DNA of 63,947 bases, filler included, from Welwitschia mirabilis (GCA_051453625.1; 4 parts of one record of this genome joined end to end with filler, not necessarily neighbours in it), one strand, 5' to 3'. Counted from the first letter of the whole stretch, positions 25,801 to 39,868 are shown. Numbers and translations are program-made. The notes: generated by a model from the sequence alone, not told the origin.

Positions 25801-26650
25801 ATAGTAAGTCATAAAAGAGGGTAATCTTTTATTTACANNNNNNNNNNNNNNNNNNNNNNNNNNNNNNNNNNNNNNNNNNNNNNNNNNNNNNNNNNNNNNN
25901 NNNNNNNNNNNNNNNNNNNNNNNNNNNNNNNNNNNNNNNNNNNNNNNNNNNNNNNNNNNNNNNNNNNNNNNNNNNNNNNNNNNNNNNNNNNNNNNNNNNN
26001 NNNNNNNNNNNNNNNNNNNNNNNNNNNNNNNNNNNNNNNNNNNNNNNNNNNNNNNNNNNNNNNNNNNNNNNNNNNNNNNNNNNNNNNNNNNNNNNNNNNN
26101 NNNNNNNNNNNNNNNNNNNNNNNNNNNNNNNNNNNNNNNNNNNNNNNNNNNNNNNNNNNNNNNNNNNNNNNNNNNNNNNNNNNNNNNNNNNNNNNNNNNN
26201 NNNNNNNNNNNNNNNNNNNNNNNNNNNNNNNNNNNNNNNNNNNNNNNNNNNNNNNNNNNNNNNNNNNNNNNNNNNNNNNNNNNNNNNNNNNNNNNNNNNN
26301 NNNNNNNNNNNNNNNNNNNNNNNNNNNNNNNNNNNNNNNNNNNNNNNNNNNNNNNNNNNNNNNNNNNNNNNNNNNNNNNNNNNNNNNNNNNNNNNNNNNN
26401 NNNNNNNNNNNNNNNNNNNNNNNNNNNNNNNNNNNNNNNNNNNNNNNNNNNNNNNNNNNNNNNNNNNNNNNNNNNNNNNNNNNNNNNNNNNNNNNNNNNN
26501 NNNNNNNNNNNNNNNNNNNNNNNNNNNNNNNNNNNNNNNNNNNNNNNNNNNNNNNNNNNNNNNNNNNNNNNNNNNNNNNNNNNNNNNNNNNNNNNNNNNN
26601 NNNNNNNNNNNNNNGCTATTGATCTAGAAACTCTAACTTTGATAGGTAAT
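15860..26650 (-). mobile_element. Highly decayed Athila-like Ty3/gypsy element, gapped and probably with nested inserts
   Basis: Minus-strand integrase motifs WGIDF/YVDYFTRWAKA (~25460-25553) and C-terminal FNIEDCVLIYDP...QVNEQRVRIYY (~23990-24900). ORF2/env-like peptide IIKLGWYEWLTLNNRFFLESVYEFYKNL (19247-19432). Athila-type 3' end/PPT (rc gagactaataaaaatttgagcttaggggaac) at ~16013-16045. Boundaries approximate. Confidence 0.55.
22834..22885. repeat. Compound microsatellite (TC)n(TA)n
   Basis: Directly visible. Confidence 0.95.
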
Positions 26651-27679
26651 TGTTGTAATTCCAATTTGTGGTTATTTGATAGGGTTTTATAAGTTATTTT
26701 GCAAGACTTTTATACACGTTTAAGTGCAATTTGGAGGATTTTGGAGATACAAGAGGAAATATTGGAAATATGCATTTCTTACCCAGATTTTATGTATAAA
26801 AGGCACTTTCTGATGCATAGAGCTTTAAAAAAGAATTATTGACAAAAAATTCTAAGTTCTCTTCAAGAAAATGGTCAAAGAAAACTGTCATCCCTTCTAT
26901 TATTTCCATGATAAGCAGGACGATGATTGTTAATGTGGACTGCTGAATCACTGCTGAGTTATCATTCTAAGTTATCATTTATAATGTATTATCATCTCCA
27001 TTATTGTTTGGATGATACTTCAGATAACATTGACATGTAACCGACTTTGACAGTGACCCTTGACCATTTCGTCCATTTCTGAGTTGTAAATAAGTGCACC
27101 TTTTCACATCTAATGTTTGTCTTTTTCTGCTGTAAGTTGTTATAAATAAGTTTTCCTTCGACTCCCCTTCTCATCCTTGTTATATTGGAACTTCTCATGA
27201 TAGGAGATTGAAGGGTGGGAGATCCATCTTGAGCATTGTACAAAGATGTGCACTTGGTGGAGAGCTTTGTATCCTCCATTGAGACTCGACTATTTTATAA
27301 CCAAGATGCTTATTAATCTTTAATACAAAAACCGTATTTTGTTTTCATATTTCCATTGTAGATTTTCTGATGACACTTATAGTCTATGTTGCCCTTGATC
27401 AGGTGACAATTTCTTAGGTGATATAGGTTATCAAGGATAGCCTTTGTTAAGGCTAAAAGCAAGTAGTATTAGTTTATTTTGCATTCATCTAGATTAGTTG
27501 CACTTTGCATTTTCATTGCATTCCTTTATTTCCCTACATTGTTATTTATTTCTAGCTCCTATTCCATTTTGTAAAGTAACCTAAGTCTCATCTCATAGTC
27601 TTCAATGTAAATATGACATTTCGGGTCTACTTCCACTTATACTAGTATGATGTATTGTGTAAGGTATTTATTTTAGTTA
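26651..27679 (+). mobile_element. Athila-family LTR, truncated by the assembly linker
   Basis: Starts TGTTGTAATTCCAATTTG, homologous to the LTR starts at 59464 and 49583 (rc). Distal part (gttgcccttgatcaggtgacaatttcttaggtgatataggtta; gacatttcgggtctacttccacttatactagt) matches ~60200-60480. Confidence 0.75.
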
Positions 27680-27779
27680 NNNNNNNNNNNNNNNNNNNNN
27701 NNNNNNNNNNNNNNNNNNNNNNNTTAATTAATTAANNNNNNNNNNNNNNNNNNNNNNNNNNNNNNNNNNNNNNNNNNNN
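27680..27779. other. Artificial contig linker N44-TTAATTAATTAA-N44
   Basis: Exactly 44 N, then a 12-bp six-frame-stop linker, then 44 N. Same structure at 58546-58645 and 62388-62487. Confidence 0.95.
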
Positions 27780-30147
27780 TTTTTTAGTGTTGGAAAATTC
27801 ATTAGCTATATGTCTAAACCCTTTGCATGAATAGCATTGGATTTCCTTTCCCTTTTCTTGCTCTTTTTTTTGTTTTGTGTTACTTCTCCTTGGATTCCTA
27901 CTTCGTTCTCCTTTCTTTTTCCTATAGAGAAACCTTTTGAAACACCTGGCTAAAATAGCCACTTCATCATTATCGAGTTCTTCATCTCACCTATCAAATC
28001 TATAATTCTCCTGTACACATTTCAAAATAATACCTTTTTTTCTATCTTTAGTAAAGTTACGTTCATAGGTTTTAAGATTACTTTAAAGTTCTTCCAATGC
28101 CATTGTATTGATGTTTTACTTTCTTTGATAGCTATTACCTTTAATTCAAATCTCTTGAGCAAGGATCTCAACACTTTCCTTACCACCTTGCTTTCTTCTA
28201 TGCATTTTCTGAGGCTTGCCATTGAGTTCACTATATCTGTAAGTATAGTAAAAAATTCCTGTAAGGCTTCTTCATCATCCATATGAATATCTTCAAATTT
28301 AGAAATAAGCATTTGCAGTTTTGCTTATTTAACAGTGGATGTTCCTTCATGTGCAACTTCTAAAATATCCCAAGCTTCTTTTGCATGATTATAGTTCATA
28401 ATTCTTTTAAATTCATCTGCACATACTGCATAAAAAATAGCATTGAGAGCACGGGCATCAATGGTGGTTTTTAATTTATCTGTGGGAGTTCATTAGTCTT
28501 GATATTTGGGGACTAAGATAGTGTTGACATTTGTATTTATTTGGGTTATTATAGGCATGGTATGACCTTTGTATATGACTTCTTCTACATCAGCATCTAG
28601 GGATCTAAGAAAGATTCTCATCTTAGCTTTTCAATAGGCATATTTTAAGCCAGCGAACATGGGTGAACGTCCGGTTGAAAATCCATTAGTTCGGTTACTC
28701 ATTTTTAGGGTTCTTAAATTTAGATCTGTAAAAATCTCTCAAAGACTAACCTACACTCTAATACCAAATGAGAGGATTGAGAACCCTAAAGGTTTGGGAT
28801 GGACGATGAGGTATGAATAGGTTCTTTTAAAAAAATTGAGCTCAAAAACAAGCTAAAGTTATCTAATCATAGTTTGTACATAAAAATAGGGAATTTAAGA
28901 ATGTGCATATAAGAAATAAAAAACTAAATGTAAATAATAAAAGAACAGAAAAACATAAACTATCAAATTAGATGCACATAGTATTTATTATTGTTTGGGA
29001 ACTCCCCTACTCCACTCTCGATGATTAGCTTCTCCCAAGCTTGATCTTGTAACTTTGTTACTCCACAGGTTTTGCCAGGTTTACTTGTAACTCTTATAAG
29101 CAGACTTTTATAGGCTAAGTCTCAACCTTAACGATGAACTTTTGTAGGCTAAGTCTCAACCTTAACAATGAAATTTTGCAGGCTAAGTCTCAACCTTTAG
29201 AAGCAATGGATGTGATTAAATGATAAAGCCTTCATTGCTCAGATATCACACATTTGGTAGTAGTATAATGAATGGAGCTCTTCTCTAATAGGTCACAGTG
29301 ATAAAGCTCTTAGATTTGATTCTGAGTAAAGCTCTCTTACCAAAGATAGATCATCTCAATCAGATGTGAAGTAATACAAATGGTATGCTAATGGAAATAC
29401 CAATTAATCTTTTAGATCCACAATGATTATGCCAAATTTGAATAGAGCCAAAATATCTTTATGTCATCTATTACCTAGCTATTTATAATGGAAGGCTATT
29501 AGGGTTTATTACAAATGAGTTGCATCTCCAACAACTATAAATAGCTAGAAAACAGCTAAGAAATGAATACATAACATTTAGATAAATTTCTTTTTTGTGT
29601 CGTCCAATCAACCCCACAAAAATCCAGTCGACCCCATATGATATCATGAATTACATAGGTCACCTGAGAGAAGCCTTTAGTTGCCTCAAGTTTTTCATGT
29701 CTCCAAGTTGGGTCGACTCCATTTGAATCTAGTTAATCCCAATCTAATCAAATCCATCCTAAGTCCAATCAACCCCTTATCTCTCGGTCTAAAACTACTA
29801 TCTGTCTGGTTCTAAAATCTTATCAACCCCATAAAAATCTAGTCGACTCCTTGCCATTCAGGCTAGGGATACTGATTCTTTAGGTTACAAGTTCAGTCGA
29901 CCTCATAAGAATCTGGTCAACTCCTCTGGGTTTAGTTTATTTCTTTCTGACTGCTTCAGGTGTGGTTGACCCCTTTAGGATTCGGTCAACCCTCACTAGA
30001 GGTTAACATAACTTAGTAGTATTTTTGATGTATTTTAATCCAATTCTTTTACTTGCAAAGCTTAATCTCATTTGCACATAAGATATAACATTTTTGCACT
30101 ACATAAGAGAAATTAGTTTAACATCAGTTCATAAATATAATCTAACA
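27780..30147 (-). mobile_element. Sirevirus (Ty1/copia SIRE) 5' fragment: 5' LTR, PBS and gag
   Basis: LTR 28769-30147 (TG...CA). Decayed tRNA-iMet PBS actctaatacca at 28755-28766. gag from ATG 28702: MSNRTNGFSTGRSPMFAGLKYAY*KAKMRIFLRSLD..., UBN2-like MLISKFEDIHMDDEE...KVVRKVLRSL, zinc knuckle IQCYSCKGFRHIANEF. Confidence 0.85.
29105..29196. repeat. 34-bp tandem repeat (~2.7 copies) within the Sirevirus LTR
   Basis: (t/c)aggctaagtctcaacctt at 29111, 29145 and 29179. Confidence 0.9.
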
Positions 30148-31514
30148 TGATGTACTTGTAAAGGATGAAGAGAGGCTAATTCTAGCAAATTTAGAATCTA
30201 AGAGAAATTTGAGTTGTGACCATTGAAGTGGAGAATGTTTTCAAAAGGGTTTCCATCCACTTAGTTTTCTAAATAATAACCTAAGATGACTAGCAAAAAT
30301 GGAAGAAATAGAAACGTTATTTGACACTAATAGTTATTTACTCCATCAGCTAGATGACACTAGACAAATAACACTCAACATTTTTACAAAGAAGGCATGT
30401 AAAGGATAGGAAGCTATTAGAAAAGAAGATCTCATGTTATTTACATAGTTATCCAAACAACACCTAGGTGGATGACAACTCTAATGAATGTAAAATGTAT
30501 TTCATCCATTAAGAAATCAGTGATATGAATACTCTTGATTCATTACTACTCCTTATCCAAAATAATAAATTCATCCCTTAGGTCCCTCATTTCTCATCTT
30601 TCATGAATCTATTGTTCTTATGATGAAATAAAGCTTAATTAAGTAGGAAATCCATAAAGCTTAATTAAGCAAGAAATCCATCTAGCTTAAGAGAGAAGCT
30701 TGCCTTGATGTTGAAATGTATTTCCTCCATAAAGAAGTGATCATATTAGTGGATATAAGAACATTGTGATTAATAAAAGATCATTTTATTTCTTCTAGTT
30801 TCTCTCTTATGTCTTTTATATGTTATTTCATAATTAATTACATAAACATTAATTATGATTTTGATATAGTATATGAGGATTAACTTGGGTGACAAAAAGT
30901 TGGTAAACTTAATTAGTAATTACATTTAGGCTTGCATATCATCTTTTTATTAATTTATTGCATTTTCACTCATTTATCATTTTAAAATTAGAACAGAGAA
31001 TCATTTCAATTTCTTTCTAATTAAAGCAATTTTCTAAATGTACTTTCAAATTACTCTATAGAGTACGACATTTGAACTGACTTCTTATATGAGTGTGTTT
31101 TATGTGTATTAGATACTTAACATTATAGGTTATAATTAAAGATCATTACTTGAAGAGAAAAATCATTAGCTTCTACTTCTATTTCTACTACATTAACTCT
31201 TAAGGATATGATAGCTCAAAGAAAAATAGAGATCTAAAACCTTTTTAACCTATCCAATGAAGATGATGTGGAATTTAAAAACCTATAAGCCTATCGTACA
31301 TTCTTAAGAGATGATGAACAAGACCCATTTAAACACCTAATTAAAATAGAATAACTCATCCTTACCTCAAGAAATGGGAAAAAGAAGGTAATCGATAGGA
31401 ATTACATGATTATTTTCCCATTTATCCTTAGAAAAAAGGATAAAATTTAGTTGAAAACTATCCCATGTAAAAGCATTAAGAATTGGAAGTTCAAGATTCC
31501 TTCATAAAAAGGTT

Positions 31515-32817
31515 TGAAAGTAGAGGATCAACCCTAAAAGGGGGTGAATAGGTCTTTAAAAATCAATTTCCTTATTTTTCACAACTTGCAAATAAGACAA
31601 GTAGAAAAGCAATACAAAAACAAGATATTCAATGATGGATAGACACCACCCTTTAGCTTCTTAGACTCCTTGTCCTTGGTTGGCATATATTAGCTTCCAA
31701 TAATGATTTTCAGGCTCACCAAATAACCTTTCACAACCACAGAGGATTTTATGACTTATCCTTAATCACAAATGGATGAAAGAAAGAAGAATGCACAGAT
31801 GCACAGATATTTTCTCAAATGTATAGCAATATCTTCTTCTAAGTAGGTATAATGATAGATTCAATCAGAAATCTAAACTTAAGAATAGCTTAGATACAAT
31901 ACCAAAAGAGTATAACAGTTCTTCTTTTTCAATCTCACATTTTTACAAAAAACTTTATTACCTTTTTTTATTAGAGGAGAGCTTAAATAATAAAGATGCA
32001 CAAGGTAACTGTTTTATCAGGATGAAGTGTATAGTTGTTCTTTTAATGAACCGTTGTGCTTTTTTTGATGAACCGTTGAAATCATAATGGTTACATTTTT
32101 TTCTTCGTATAGTTGACTTAGTACTCAGCCACCCAAACCTATGGTCACCCTTATTCCTAACATTCGATTGTCCATGCTTGTTATTAGATTTCTTAGTATA
32201 GAACAGGTGCATATTTGATTGCCCTTATGTTTATATGCGGTCGACCTTTATTCAGTTACCTTGATATTTTTTACTTAGTTGACCTTATGAGGGTAGATTC
32301 TAGATAGAATGCGATCACCCGTAATCACGTCCTTTGGTTGTCCTTGCATTCACCAGATTTAGGCTTTACTGATTATCATGTAATCACCCATCTGAATTTA
32401 GTCGGTTGATCATTCTATTATCTGATTGAATTTCATAGATTGCAATGTGGTTACCCGTGTATATTTAGTGGTCACCCATGTTTGCCCCAGTTCTTACACA
32501 TAGGCTCAAACAGGGTTGCCCAAATAAGAGTTTTCAGTCACCCATTTTTGAATCAGTCTTCCTCTTGATGTGTTAGCTCGGTCGCCTAGTATGACGCACT
32601 CAGTCGCCTATTCTTCAACTAGCCATTTTCTTAATCTATATCAATCCAATCGCTCAATGTTATGTGTGTGGTCACCCGATTCTAAAGCAGTATCATAGTT
32701 CTTTAACAGGTCAGTTGCTTGGTCTTAGAAGTCGGTCACCTCATGTTGGGAAATCTCTATATAATAGACTAAGTATAAAAATGGGTTAAATTAATCAACG
32801 TCAATGGGTTCTTAACA
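31515..32817 (-). repeat. 3' LTR of the Sirevirus (1303 bp)
   Basis: tgaaagtagaggatcaa...gggttcttaaca. Adjacent to the PPT. Carries the C-rich terminal signal (rc cctattcacccc). Confidence 0.92.
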
Positions 32818-33148
32818 AACTCCCCCTTTGTTATTCATTGAGGAAAAATAATAATTTAACATATGGGTTCTCCTTCTAACTCATTTAACTTCGAAATCAA
32901 TTAAATTTAAATGAGTCTTGCATGAAAGTAACTTAGTAAAAATAAAAGAAATTTTCATCAAAAAAAAGACTTCTTTGTATCACTCAACAAAATTACATTA
33001 CATCATAAAAGGTGTATTTTTGTGTATACAGTACAAAGAATTGACAAAATATGACAACATGAATACAAATTATTCTCCTCCTTTTTGATGAAATCAAGGA
33101 TATGGAGCACAACTAAAGACTAGAAGATAAAGAAAAAGACACACAGAA

Positions 33149-34150
33149 TTAATTAGATTTATAGGACTCAAACGACTGAGCACCCTCACTCTGAGAGGTC
33201 TCCATGACTGGAGTACCACTCACAATGAGTGCCTCCTTAATGTGATGAGTCTGTGAGTTAATATGATGTAAGAGATGAAGGATCTTTGGGGTCTGAGAGG
33301 CCTTAATCTTAAGCCTAGAAGAAGTGACTAGTTCTTCAAAAATGTGCATCCTAGACAAAGTGGCACAATCAATAGGCTCCATGGGCTTCTGGATCTCCTA
33401 CCTAGTCGGATGAGGAATTTCAAAGTGATGACAAATCCATGTGATGAGGAAAGGATAGGGCAGGGTACACCTCTTGTGCGGCTGAAGCTGGTTGGCCATG
33501 TGCTTGAGCATAATCCCAGAAGCATTAATGTCTCTTCTTCTGTCCAGCACATAAAGTAGGAAGACCTAATAGTTGGATAGATTACCTCTATGCCCAGCAA
33601 TTGGTAAAAAGTTGTATGACATTATGAGGTGTAACAAATGAAATCTTGGAAGAAGCTAAAAGGCTTTGAGTGTCTTCTTCCAAGTGATGTAAGTGCCACA
33701 CACAAGGTAAGTGGCTATGCCGTTTTTCTCAAAGGATTTAGCCATAAGTCAGTATTCATCCCAGTTTCCTCTGAGAAGTCCAGTGAGAAAAGCTATGAGA
33801 TCTACAGTGATGTGCATTTCTTAGTCAAAGACTAAAGTAATGAAAGTGGATCAAGAGGTATTATATCTATCATTTGAATAAACTAACCTAATTAATAAAG
33901 AGTAGCAGGTGCCAGAGACATGAAGAAAATATCCCCAGTTGACCTCTTCTAGTAAAGTTTAGACCTCCCTTAGGCTTAAAAATTGTATGGGCTCATAGGT
34001 TCTTTTCAAGGCTATTGGACTGGTCTCAAAATGTTTTTTGAAATGCCTCAGCTACTCAGTGCTCATCCTGGAGAACACATAGCTTAAAGGTTTGATAGCT
34101 ACCGCCTTTCTTCTGTTTTTGGATTCCTCTTCTGGTTGTGGAGATGCCAT
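33149..34150 (-). pseudogene. Sirevirus env-like ORF2 (disrupted)
   Basis: ATG at 34150: MASPQPEEESKNRRKAVAIKPLSYVFSRMSTE*LRHFKKHFE... continues into ORF fragments 33328-33600 and 33149-33382. Lies between pol and the PPT, as is typical of Sireviruses. Confidence 0.65.
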
Positions 34151-34729
34151 TTTAATCTTAGATATGAGAGAAAAAGCATGGGAAAAGTTGAAAAGAGCCC
34201 TCCAAAAGCTTAGAAAATGATAAAGTAAGAGAAAATAATTAAAAAAAAGATAAAGGACGGGTAGATTTAAAATATCCGTGGCACACTACCTTAAACGCAG
34301 GCAACCGATCATAAGGTCAGTCAACCCATGTAAAGATTTAAAAACCTAAATAGTAAGGTGACAATCGACCTAAATACTTAAGCTATCAACCTTGTACAAA
34401 AAGAATCTGATAATTAAAACCAAATCAAACTCGATCAATCTAAAAGTAAGATGAGGTTGATCTAATATAACTGGAAACAACGCTTGAAGAGGTCGACCAG
34501 AGTAAACTATTTGGTCGACCCAGTTGCTATAGGATACTATAGAAAAAACTAGGACTAGACCAGTCAACCTAATGATATGATTAGTTAACCCAGTGGGAAG
34601 AAAATTTTAACAGTAAAAAAAATTGAAGGATAAGCTGTTGTCCTACTTTAAAAAGAGGTCGATCAAGATTAAAACTTATATAATAATTAAAAATTTGAAT
34701 CCCTCAACTAAATTTTATTATTCAGATGA

Positions 34730-37700
34730 GGCAGTGTTTGGCAAGTTCTTTTCAGACTTGATACCTAGAAAATAACGAAAAGTTAAAAAACGATCCAACG
34801 ATAAGAGGTTCATCAAGATATCGGCCAGTTGATCTTCAGTACACAAATATTCTAAAGAAATAATTTTCTTTTCTACCAATTCTCAAATAAAATGGTATCT
34901 GATATCGATGTGCTTGGTGTGAGTATGTTAAACTAGGTTGTGAGCAATTTGAATGGCACTTGAGTTGTTACATAGGATTGGTACTTCTGTGATGTTCAAG
35001 CCATAATTCTTTAAGGTCTCTTTCATCCACAAGGTCTAAGTGCAACATGCTCTAACAGCTATATACTTAGCTTTAGCTGTAAAAAGAGATATAGAGTATT
35101 ATTTTTTGATATACCAGGTAGTAAGAGAATTTCTAAGAAAAAAGAATCCACCACTTATGTTCTTGTAATCATCTTTACATCTGGTCCAATTTACATTACT
35201 ATAACTATTAAGCTTAAAGGAGTATCATTTGAAAACCATAAGCTAAAATCTAGAGTACTTTTTACTTAGCGAATCATTCTCTTTGCAGTAGTAAGATGTG
35301 ATTTCTTTGGTTTGCTTTGATACCTGGCATACAAACCAATACTAAAAGCTATATTGGGGCAACTAGCTGTTAGATATAATAGACTTCCAATAATACTATG
35401 ATATACCTTTTGATCCACATCATTGCCATTTTCATCTAAAGAAAGTTAAACATTTGTGGTTATTGGAGAGTCCATACCTTTCACATTTTCTAGCTTGAAA
35501 TTCTTTATTAAATCTAAGGAGTATTTCTTTTGATTTATAAAAATTCCATGTCCATGTTTTTAAATTTGTAAACCCAAAAACATATTTACAGGTCCAACCA
35601 TACTCATTTCAAATTCAGAACTTATTAGTTTTGCAAAGTCATTTGATAATTTTTCATTTGTTGACCCAAAAATAATATCATTTACATAGGTTTAAACTAA
35701 AATTAAGTCATTATTCAAAACTTTTCTAAATAATGTTCTATCAATGGAGCCTCTAAAAAAACCATGTTAAAGTAAAAAAAAAGAAAGCTTTTCATACCAA
35801 GCTCTAGGAGCTTGTTTTAACCCATACAAGGCTTTGTTAAGTTTATACATATACTCAGGTTTATAAGGATCAGAGAATCCTTGACATTACTTTACATACA
35901 CTTCTTTTTCAATGTGTTCATTAAGAAAAGCACTTTGTACATCCATTTGAAAAACTTTCATTTTCTTGAAGCAAGCAAAATCTAAAAACATTCTGATTGA
36001 TTCTAATCAAGCAACTAGTGCAAATGTGTCTCCATAATCTACTCCTTCTATTTGAAAATACCCTTGAGCCACTAATCTAGATTTATTCTTGGTAATCTCA
36101 TTTTTCTCATTTACTTTATTTCTAAAAATCCACTTTGTTCCTATGACATTTTTTCCAGTTGGTTTTGGAACAAGTGACCAAACCTGATTCTAATGAATTG
36201 TTCAAGTTCCTCTTGCATGGCATTGATCTAACTAGGATCCGATTCGGCCTCTTTAAAAGATTTAGATTATATTTGAAATAACAGAGAGACATGAACACTA
36301 AAGTTTTAAAGAAAATTTCTGGTAATAATGCCTTGCTGAACATTTCCAATGATAGATTCTAGAGAATGATCCTTGAGTTTCTTAATTTCTGGTGTTGCCT
36401 TATCTTTTAAGATTTCTTCAATTTGATTGATAAGATAGGAAGTAATTATATATTCATCAAGGTTAATGGATTTCGAGGAATTGGAAATATCATGAATTTT
36501 TACATTAATTAATTCTTCCATATGAAGAGTTCATTTGTTAAACACTCTATAAGCTCTACTGGATTAAGAATACCCTAAAAAGGTTTTCTTCATCTGACTT
36601 AGAATCAAATTTTGCTAATTCCTATCTTTCTTTCAAAATAAAGCATTTACTTCCAAAGGTTTTAAAGTAAGGTATATTTGGCTTCTTTTCTTTCCAGAGT
36701 TCATAAGGGGTTTTAGAAGTTTCAGGCCTTAAATAAACTCTGTTTGATATATGATAAGTCATGTTCAATGCTTCAGCCCAAAACCATTTTGTAATATTCT
36801 TGTCATTTAGCATTATTCTTGCCATATCTAGCAGAGTTTGATTTTTTCTTTTAGCTATTCCATTTTGTTAAGGGATTTTAGGAGCTGAGAACTCATGGTC
36901 AATTCCATTTGAGTTGCAATAAAGTTGAAATCTTTTATTCTTGAACTCTCTACCATGATTACTTCATATTTTNNNNNNNNNNNNNNNNNNNNNNNNNNNN
37001 NNNNNNNNNNNNNNNNNNNNNNNNNNNNNNNNNNNNNNNNNNNNNNNNNNNNNNNNNNNNNNNNNNNNNNNNNNNNNNNNNNNNNNNNNNNNNNNNNNNN
37101 NNNNNNNNNNNNNNNNNNNNNNNNNNNNNNNNNNNNNNNNNNNNNNNNNNNNNNNNNNNNNNNNNNNNNNNNNNNNNNNNNNNNNNNNNNNNNNNNNNNN
37201 NNNNNNNNNNNNNNNNNNNNNNNNNNNNNNNNNNNNNNNNNNNNNNNNNNNNNNNNNNNNNNNNNNNNNNNNNNNNNNNNNNNNNNNNNNNNNNNNNNNN
37301 NNNNNNNNNNNNNNNNNNNNNNNNNNNNNNNNNNNNNNNNNNNNNNNNNNNNNNNNNNNNNNNNNNNNNNNNNNNNNNNNNNNNNNNNNNNNNNNNNNNN
37401 NNNNNNNNNNNNNNNNNNNNNNNNNNNNNNNNNNNNNNNNNNNNNNNNNNNNNNNNNNNNNNNNNNNNNNNNNNNNNNNNNNNNNNNNNNNNNNNNNNNN
37501 NNNNNNNNNNNNNNNNNNNNNNNNNNNNNNNNNNNNNNNNNNNNNNNNNNNNNNNNNNNNNNNNNNNNNNNNNNNNNNNNNNNNNNNNNNNNNNNNNNNN
37601 NNNNNNNNNNNNNNNNNNNNNNNNNNNNNNNNNNNNNNNNNNNNNNNNNNNNNNNNNNNNNNNNNNNNNNNNNNNNNNNNNNNNNNNNNNNNNNNNNNNN

Positions 37701-39868
37701 NNNNNNNNNNNNNNNNNNNNNNNNNNNNNNNNNNNNNNNNNNNNNNNNNNNNNNNNNNNNNNNNNNNNNNNNNNNNNNNNNNNNNNNNNNNNNNNNNNNN
37801 NNNNNNNNNNNNNNNNNNNNNNNNNNNNNNNNNNNNNNNNNNNNNNNNNNNNNNNNNNNNNNNNNNNNNNNNNNNNNNNNNNNNNNNNNNNNNNNNNNNN
37901 NNNNNNNNNNNNNNNNNNNNNNNNNNNNNNNNNNNNNNNNNNNNNNNNNNNNNNNNNNNNNNNNNNNNNNNGTAGAGTTATTTGATTAATTTACACAATA
38001 CACATTTTCATGTCTATTTGCTACAAGTAATAGTTGATCTATTTTACTATGTTTTACAATACATTTATTTTCATTGAAAAACACTTTATGACCTTTATCA
38101 TAAATTTGATTAATGCTTAATAAATTATGCTTTAATCCATTAACAAATAAAACATTGTGAATATTAGGTAAGTTACCTCCAACAATGCTTCCAATACCTT
38201 TAATCTAAGCTCTTCCATTATCCCCAATAGTGACCTCTCCTCCATTGTATTTCTTAAAGCTGATGAATTTTGACTTGTCACCTGTCATATGTCTTGAGCA
38301 CCCACTATCTGAATACCAACAAGAATGATTAGTTACTTTTAAAGCCATTTGGATCAATAGGCTTTTAGTTACGGACTTTGGGATCGACCTTAGGCATTTG
38401 TTTTTATTCACAAGAAGATTTAATTTTTTGGAAAAAGTAAACTTAGATCCTAATATGGAGTGAAAAAACCAACTTTTTAAAAGATATAATCAATCTTAGA
38501 ATGACCCTTTTATTGCGATAATGGTAAGTGATATTTGCTAAAGAATTATTAGAGTTTGTCTTAAATAAAGATTTGAAATATAAATAATGATAAGAATTAA
38601 ACGAGCTAGGGAAGGATTTTCAAATAACTTATTCTTTAACGTGATAGGAGGTTAAGGCAAGATTACTCTTCAGATCTTTAATTTCCTTTTCTCTAATCTC
38701 AAGCTTATCTAAAAGAAGTTTATTTTCTTTTCTCAGATGGTTTACCTATGAACTAGATTTTAACATTCCAAATACAATTCTAATTCTATATCATTTAGCG
38801 TATCTTCATTAATGATTGAATTAATGAGAGGAGAGGAGCATACCTTTTCATTGACGATGGCCATGAAAGAGATACCACCATGTTCTGAATCTAATTTCTA
38901 TTCACTCTCACTTTCTTCATTATTCCATGTTACTCAAAGGACTTTATTTTCTTTTCTTTTATCATCTTTTCTATTATTTGGGCAAACACTCGATGTGTGA
39001 TCAAAACATTTGCATGAATAGCACTGAATTTCTTGACATCCTTTCTCTTTTCTTCTTAATGATCTCTTATACTAATCTCCACCTTGTCCTCTCTGCATGA
39101 AACATCTGAATCTTCTGGTTAGACGAGGTATTTCATCATCACTTTTTGGTTCTTAGTCAGATCCATCCTTGGTCTCAGGAATTTCATGTGTGATAGATAA
39201 TGCCATACTCTTCTTCTTCTTTTTTTCAAATTTGAGCTCAAATGTGTAAAGATTCCCTTAGAGTTCATCCAGTTTTATAATGTTCAGATTCTTGCTTTCC
39301 TCAATGGCGATCACTTTTGATTCAAACCTTTTGGACAGAGATTTCAAGGCTTTGCAAATCACTCTTTATTCTTTAATTGTTTCACCTAAGACATGCATAG
39401 AATTTACAATATCTGTTAGCTTTACAAAAAATTCATTTATACCTTTATCGTCTTCCATCTTTAGATTTCCAAACTGAGTGATCAGCATTTGAAGTGTAGC
39501 CTACTTTACTAAATTGATTCCTTCATGAGTAGTTTTTAAGATGTCCAAGCTTCTTTGGTAGTGGTGCAATTCATAAATCTTTTAAAATTTTCTATACCTA
39601 TAGCACAAAAGATGGCATTTAGACCTTTGAAGTTGCAAGTTGTGGCTAATTTTTCATTCGGTGTCCATTTGTCCTTGCTCTTTAGAGTAGCCAACTTGGT
39701 TACCAGATCCAGGATAGTAGGAGGATAATACCCATTAGTAATAGACTCCCATCTTTTAAGGTCAATGGATTGAACAAAGACTCTCATCTTTGCTTTTCAA
39801 TAATCATAATTTATTCCATTGAAGAAGGGAGGTCTTATGATAGAATTTTCTTCAGTGGGTTGACTCAT
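34730..39868 (-). pseudogene. Sirevirus gag-pol (gag, PR, IN, RT, RH) with stops, frameshifts and a ~1 kb N gap
   Basis: Copia domain order. ORF fragments 39536-39787, 38205-38411 and 36622-36825, plus manually read RT/RH motifs. Confidence 0.9.

Noticed and set aside
27724-27735. TTAATTAATTAA as a biological palindrome or TTAA target site
   Set aside because: Centred in exactly 44+44 Ns three times; it is a synthetic linker.
29105-29196. CRISPR-like repeat array
   Set aside because: Head-to-tail 34-bp tandem repeat without unique spacers, inside a plant LTR; no cas genes.
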